In this document: piece after piece, positions 59,394 through 64,000 of the stretch
Position numbering within the stretch: the first letter of the stretch is position 1
Layout of the letters: every line of letters begins with the position of its first letter
Origin: Myxococcota bacterium
Lineage (GTDB): Bacteria > Myxococcota_A > UBA9160 > UBA4427
Reading direction: 5' to 3'
DNA: 64,000 nucleotides
Assembly: GCA_965250285.1 (NCBI GenBank)
Contig: OZ252299.1
Coordinates: 5,120,001 to 5,184,000 of the forward strand
The notes under the pieces: generated by a model
What the model saw: the letters and a program-made list of their open reading frames with translations, nothing else
Database searches by the model: none
Told to the model about the DNA's origin: nothing
Made by a program: the position numbers and the translations under genes

Positions 59394-60928
59394 CCGAGCG
59401 AGCGCAGCTGCTCGATCTCTTCTTCGCTCAGCTCGACTTCGCTGCCGGTGTCGGCTTCGTCGCCGAAGCCGTCGTAGCGCTCGCGCATCTCGTCGGCCAG
59501 GCGTGAGGCGATCGCCGGCATCTCGTCGAAGAGGTCGTTCTCTTCGCGCGGATCGACCGACAGGTCGTAGAGCTCGAATCGCCCCGACTTCTTGTCGTGG
59601 ACCATCTTCCAGTTGTCACGACGCAGGGCCCGTCGCACGGGGAACTGGCCCGGCGCGACCGACTCCCAGCTGAGCCCGCCCGGCGCCTCGCCGTAGATGG
59701 GCCGCTGTCGGTAGGGCGTGTCGTCCTGGCCCTCGATCAGCGGCACGAGGCTGAGCCCCTCGGCGTCGTCGCGCTGGGGCAGGCCCGCGAGCTCGAGCAC
59801 CGTCGGCACCAGATCGACGTGTGAGACCGGCGCCTCGATGCGCTGCCCGGCCGGGATGCCTTGGCCGTGCAGGATCAGCGGGACGTGCAGCACCTCCTGG
59901 TACGCCGACAGGAAGTGATCGACGAACCCGTGCTCGCCGAACCCCTCGCCGTGATCCGACGTCAGGATGATCAAGGTGTCGTCGCTGTATCCCTCTTTGC
60001 GAAGCCACGCCAGCAGTCGGCTGAGCTCGGTGTCCATCTGGCGAATGCCCGCGTCGTAGAGATCCCGCAGCCGCTCGAAGTCGCGCTCTTCGAAGACGGG
60101 CTGGACGAAGTCGGGCGAGCTCAGGATCTTCGACCGCGTCTCTTCGATGCCGAACGTGCACACGTCGGGTTGGAAGTTCTCGCGGCAGAGCGTGATGTAC
60201 TCGGGCTCGAGGTTCGAGAGCTGCAGCTGCCACGCCGTGCCGTCGGCGATGCCGTCGAACGACTCGGCCACGAAGAGCTCTTCGAACTCGGCCTCCGACG
60301 TGTAGTCGGCGTGAACGTCGAAGTAGTGGATGAAGAGGAAGAGCGGGGCGCCGGCCTTCTGCGCCTCGGTGATCCACTCGGTGGCCTGATCGGTGATCAG
60401 CTTGCTCGGTGCGCGCCGGTCGGAGTCGGTGCGCACGTACTTGTACTGCTTGAAATCCTTGGTGACCTTGAACGTGTCCTTGGCGAGCCACGGCGCAGCC
60501 ACGACGGCCGCGGTCTCCCAGCCCTTCTCGGCGAGCATGTGGGGCAGGGTTTCGCGTGCGGGGCTCAGCTGGGCCGTGATCTTGCTGGCGCCGTGCGTGC
60601 GCGGATAAACGCCGGTCAGCATCGTCGAGTGCGACGGGAGCGTCCATGGCGACGCGCTGTTCGCCTGGTCGAAGACCGTGCCTTCGAGCCCGAGTACGTC
60701 GATGGTCGGCGATGTGAAGCGGTCGTAGCCGTAGAGACCGAGATGGTCGGCGCGCAGCGTGTCGATCGAGATCAGGATGATGATGCGTGGGATCGCGCGG
60801 TCGGCTGCCGGCTCTGCATCGGCCGACGTCTCGCCGCTCGGCGTCGAAGACCCATCACTGCACGACACAGCGCCCCCGAGCGCGAGGGCGCCCAGTGTCA
60901 GGGCCAGACCGCGTAGGATCGACTTCAT
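59381..60928 (-). CDS. Sulfatase-like hydrolase/transferase (exported, possible lipoprotein)
   Basis: ISIDTLRADHLG.YGY, SPWTLPSH.TMLTG, HYFDVH, SDHGE and LRSLGYI terminus; AVSC lipobox-like. Confidence 0.88.
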   Translation of the reverse strand: MKSILRGLALTLGALALGGAVSCSDGSSTPSGETSADAEPAADRAIPRIIILISIDTLRADHLGLYGYDRFTSPTIDVLGLEGTVFDQANSASPWTLPSHSTMLTGVYPRTHGASKITAQLSPARETLPHMLAEKGWETAAVVAAPWLAKDTFKVTKDFKQYKYVRTDSDRRAPSKLITDQATEWITEAQKAGAPLFLFIHYFDVHADYTSEAEFEELFVAESFDGIADGTAWQLQLSNLEPEYITLCRENFQPDVCTFGIEETRSKILSSPDFVQPVFEERDFERLRDLYDAGIRQMDTELSRLLAWLRKEGYSDDTLIILTSDHGEGFGEHGFVDHFLSAYQEVLHVPLILHGQGIPAGQRIEAPVSHVDLVPTVLELAGLPQRDDAEGLSLVPLIEGQDDTPYRQRPIYGEAPGGLSWESVAPGQFPVRRALRRDNWKMVHDKKSGRFELYDLSVDPREENDLFDEMPAIASRLADEMRERYDGFGDEADTGSEVELSEEEIEQLRSLGYIP

Positions 60929-61014
60929 CGTGCTTCCTCGAGGCGCGGGCCCGGGCCGCCGGCAGGGGGTGCGATTGCGCGCGAAGCGTGTCGCGGCGCC
61001 ATCGGCCTCCCCCC

Positions 61015-61047
61015 AAACGAAAGCCCCCGCCGAATCGACGGGGGCTT
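61015..61047 (-). terminator. Rho-independent terminator after PEP-CTERM paralog 5
   Basis: Minus strand AAGCCCCCGTCGATTCGGCGGGGGCTT then TCGTTT; a second hairpin CCGGATCC/GGATCCGG at 61060-61080. Confidence 0.75.
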
Positions 61048-61094
61048 GATCGTGCGAACCCGGATCCTCGTGGGATCCGGTGCGGAACGTTGGC

Positions 61095-61742
61095 TCAGCT
61101 GCGCGTGCGCCGGCGTGCGATGACGCCAACCGCACCGAGCGCACCGAGCGCCAGAGCAGCTGCGCCGGGCTCGGGGACCGTGATGGCCGTGTCGGTCACG
61201 TTGAACACGACGTCGCCCGAGAGGTCGCTGCCGTCGACGTTGAACGTGTTGCCGCCGTTGCCGAACTCGAAGAGCAGCTGACCCGAGCCGGGCTCGCGCG
61301 CATTGAACGTCACCTCGCCGAGGAGCGCGTTCGAATCCGTGGCCCCATTCGGGGAGAGGGCGCTATCGATGAACGTGATGTTCACCTGCTGGCGACCCGG
61401 AGGCAGGAAGCCCGTCCAGAAAACGAAGGGATCGGAAGCGGGGTAGAGGTACGTGGCGCCCTTGCCGCCCGTGTACAGGATGTAGTCGGTCGCGTCGGAG
61501 GTCACCCGGTTGTAGCCGATGACGGCCGGGTCGTACGTGGCCGAAAACGCGAACGTCACGATGTTCGAAGGCACCGCCGTCTGCGTGTCGAGGAAGACCT
61601 CGTACGTGATCTGATCGCCCACCTGAGCGGACGTGGGATCGGGCGAGCCCGACTTGAGCGACACGCGGATCTCGTAGGCGCTGGCGGCGCTCGCCGCGAG
61701 CAGCAGAGCAAGGGTGGCAATCGTGGCAGTCAAAAGGCGCAT
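61095..61742 (-). CDS. PEP-CTERM protein with cohesin-like domain (paralog 5)
   Basis: GAGGAG SD; signal peptide; VGDQITYEV, YDPAVIGY, DYILYTGGKGATYL and LLGEVTF; VPEP, TM, RRR. Confidence 0.88.
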   Translation of the reverse strand: MRLLTATIATLALLLAASAASAYEIRVSLKSGSPDPTSAQVGDQITYEVFLDTQTAVPSNIVTFAFSATYDPAVIGYNRVTSDATDYILYTGGKGATYLYPASDPFVFWTGFLPPGRQQVNITFIDSALSPNGATDSNALLGEVTFNAREPGSGQLLFEFGNGGNTFNVDGSDLSGDVVFNVTDTAITVPEPGAAALALGALGAVGVIARRRTRS

Positions 61743-61813
61743 TGGGTGCGTCTCCTCGATTCTCGAACGGGCCGAGAGGCCCGCGATGATCGGTGGGCTC
61801 GGTGGCGTGAGGG

Positions 61814-62056
61814 CTAGTCGCCCGCCGCGTTGAGGATGGCGCTCAGGTCGACGACCGAAATCACGCCGTCGCCGTCGACATCGGCCTCGGCGACGAAGCC
61901 GTCGTCGCCCTCGGTCGCGTTGATCAAGCCGCGGGCACATTCGGCGTCGGCGGTCGTGACGTTGCCGTCGCCGTCACAGTCGCCCGAACCGCCAGCCCAT
62001 GCGGGAGCGGCCAGCATCAGGCCGAGCGCGCACAGGATCGAAAGCAAACGAAGCAT
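61814..62056 (-). CDS. Secreted stand-alone dockerin-like protein (80 aa)
   Basis: Signal peptide ending AWA, then GDCDGDGNVTTAD-helix and ADVDGDGVISVVD-LSAIL, the paired Ca-loop/helix pattern of dockerins. Confidence 0.8.
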   Translation of the reverse strand: MLRLLSILCALGLMLAAPAWAGGSGDCDGDGNVTTADAECARGLINATEGDDGFVAEADVDGDGVISVVDLSAILNAAGD

Positions 62057-62263
62057 CGTGGTTCCCCCAGTGAATCGCTGTTGGCGAGTCGGCAGAATAC
62101 TACAGGTTCGCGCGAATCTGCACCCGATCGGGCAGCGCGAGCCGTGCTTCCGAAGCCGAGCACGCACCGCATGAGATCGGCACGAACGTGCGTGGCGTTG
62201 ACCGAATTCGGCGAATCGAACGAGTGATCCAGGCGATCGATTTCGCCCTTCGGGGTGAAGCGC

Positions 62264-63178
62264 CTACTGCACTTCGACGACGACCTCTGAGACGGCTTCG
62301 CGCACGCCCGCGTCGGGATGATCCTTCAGCTTGAGAATTTCGGGGATCGTCGACCCGCGTCCAATGCGGCCGAGCTGACGAACGGCTTCGGCCACGATGA
62401 CGGGATCGCCATCGCTGAGCGAGTCGAGCAGCTCGGGGACCGCGAGCTCGGGGTCGACTTCACCGAGCTGACGCACGGCCCAGACTCGCATCTTCACCGG
62501 TAGCTCGGTCTTGGTGCGTGCGGTTCGCAGGGTCTCGAGCGTCTTCTTCTTCTCGTCGGGTGTCGTACCGAGCTGGTCGCCCGTGAGAATCGGATAAGCG
62601 GCCTCCGGCACGTCGCCCCCGGTGGTGCCCGCCTGGGGCTGCGCTGGGCGCGGCGTCGGGGTCGGCTGCGGAGTCGGTGCGACCGGCTCGGCCACGGGTG
62701 CTTGCCCCGACTCGCCGACCGCCATCCACGACATCGCAGCCTCCGACTCGAGCAGCCAGGTGCGACCCGTCGCCCGGTCGACGCGCATCAGCGGCGGCGA
62801 ATCGGCCCCCGCGCCCAGGCGGTTGCTCCGCGGCGGCGGGACGTTCATCACCTGGAAGCGGCCGTTTCGCGCGGGCTCGTCCCCGAGGTCGGGGGCCGCG
62901 CCCCGGGGTTCCCAGCCACCGTCGCCATTGACGGGAACGGTCCAGACCTGCCCCGTGCTCGTGTCGACGCGCACGAGGCCGAGGCGCGCGCGCACGAAGA
63001 CGAAGCGTTCGGGCCCGCCCCCGTTTCCGGCGCTGGGGGCGGTCGACTGAGGGCCGCAGCCCGCCAGAAGCGCGCCCACGAGCGCCATCACGAGCAGGCC
63101 CGCCCCGCGGCGCCACCGGCCGAGCCGGCGCCCTGTGGCGGCCGAGGAGGGTTGGATCGAGCGGTCGGACGCGTTCAT
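62264..63178 (-). CDS. Lipoprotein with C-terminal HEAT-like repeats
   Basis: LAGC lipobox; duplicated RVD..TG..W element; VWAVRQLG and EAVRQLG HEAT-like repeats. Confidence 0.72.
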   Translation of the reverse strand: MNASDRSIQPSSAATGRRLGRWRRGAGLLVMALVGALLAGCGPQSTAPSAGNGGGPERFVFVRARLGLVRVDTSTGQVWTVPVNGDGGWEPRGAAPDLGDEPARNGRFQVMNVPPPRSNRLGAGADSPPLMRVDRATGRTWLLESEAAMSWMAVGESGQAPVAEPVAPTPQPTPTPRPAQPQAGTTGGDVPEAAYPILTGDQLGTTPDEKKKTLETLRTARTKTELPVKMRVWAVRQLGEVDPELAVPELLDSLSDGDPVIVAEAVRQLGRIGRGSTIPEILKLKDHPDAGVREAVSEVVVEVQ

Positions 63179-63355
63179 GAGGTCTCCCGAGAAGGATGTC
63201 GCCGCTACCCCCGAGGGGCAGGTTCGACGGTGGGCCTGAGCATGCCACAAAACGACCGCGTCTTGGACGTTCTCGAGCGCGGGCTCGAGAACGTGCCGCG
63301 ATCGCAGCGCGCTTCGTCGCCTGGCTCGGGTGCGGTGGGGGCCCGCCCGGTCTGG

Positions 63356-64000
63356 TCAGGCGCGGTTGATGCCGACCGTCACGGTCTCGCCGCCGATCTC
63401 GGCCCGATGCTCGTGTTCGGTGGCCCGCCCCGTCCCATCGAAGGCGAGCGCGGTCGCCAGCGTGGCCTCGCTCACGTCGCTGCGAAACCGATCGACGGCG
63501 ATCTGCCAGGGCTCGCTCAGCCCGAGCTGAAGCTCGATGCGATCGGAGACGTGGAGCCCCGCCTCCTTGCGCGCCTGCTGGATCACGCGGATCACGTCGC
63601 GGGCCATGCCCTCTTCGACGAGCTCCGGCGTGAGCTCGAGATCGAGCACGACGATCGCATCGTTGCCCGGCAGGGCGTGGCAGGCGACCCCTTCCTTCGG
63701 CGTGAGCGTCAGATCGTACTCGGCCGGCTCGAGTCGGTGGCCGGCGACCTCGACGCCGTCGCCGTCGCTCTGCCACTCGCCCTTCTTGGCCGCAGCGAGC
63801 ACCGTCTTCATCTCACCGCCGAGGCGCGGACCCAGCACCCGGGCGTTGACCTTCAGGCCGAACGTCGCATACGCCTCGATCGAGTCGCCCAGCTCGACCG
63901 CCTTGACGTTCACCTCGTCGGCGATCAGGTCGAGGTGGGGCGCGATGCGATCGGTGCCCGCGCCGACGACGGTGAGCTTCGCGAGCGGCTGGCGCACGCG
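63356..64000 (-). CDS. ileS: Isoleucyl-tRNA synthetase, C-terminal part (type 2, partial)
   Basis: VRQPL, IADEVNVK, LGPRLG and EGMARDVIRVIQQARKEAGL.VSDRI, typical of the IleRS2 C-terminus. Confidence 0.88.
   Translation of the reverse strand, partial: RVRQPLAKLTVVGAGTDRIAPHLDLIADEVNVKAVELGDSIEAYATFGLKVNARVLGPRLGGEMKTVLAAAKKGEWQSDGDGVEVAGHRLEPAEYDLTLTPKEGVACHALPGNDAIVVLDLELTPELVEEGMARDVIRVIQQARKEAGLHVSDRIELQLGLSEPWQIAVDRFRSDVSEATLATALAFDGTGRATEHEHRAEIGGETVTVGINRA

Noticed and set aside
49186..61742. Diversity-generating retroelement or shufflon acting on the paralogs
   Set aside because: No reverse transcriptase or recombinase is present, and differences are not adenine-specific but mostly synonymous in conserved blocks.
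62178..62192. Sigma54-like CGGCACGAACGTGCG near the second cassette
   Set aside because: GG-GC spacing is 9 rather than 10, and it faces away from the cassette.

Overview
High-GC bacterial chromosomal segment with about 58 densely packed genes. No rRNA, tRNA, CRISPR array, transposase, integrase or prophage is recognisable. Gene content (DUF6178-like, PilZ, PEP-CTERM, Mla) fits a diderm, possibly Myxococcota/deltaproteobacterial, organism (inference). The first 46 kb is mostly housekeeping and metabolism: serine palmitoyltransferase-like enzyme, MlaA/MlaC, aconitase, queuosine salvage, NadE, a tungsten-type AOR/MoeA cluster, RlmD, Nfu and FrmA. It also holds an Smr-ApaH fusion, a stand-alone TOPRIM-like protein and a REP-like tandem array. 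The standout is 46.2-63.2 kb, where an exosortase gene precedes five paralogous cohesin-like PEP-CTERM proteins and two small secreted dockerin-like proteins. These form two inward-facing dockerin-to-cohesin cassettes that bracket a lipoprotein, a large S8 protease, a membrane spermidine-synthase-like protein and a sulfatase-like protein. All five paralogs keep a Y(I/V)LYTGGKGAxYL motif, and its Lys is the only Lys in two of the mature proteins. The first dockerin protein likewise has a single mature-region Lys, in a GKG motif. The first cassette has candidate sigma54 (with IHF and UAS-like sites) and sigma70 promoters, and a candidate ECF-dependent sRNA lies upstream of the exosortase. All domain calls are from motif recognition by eye; no database search was run.
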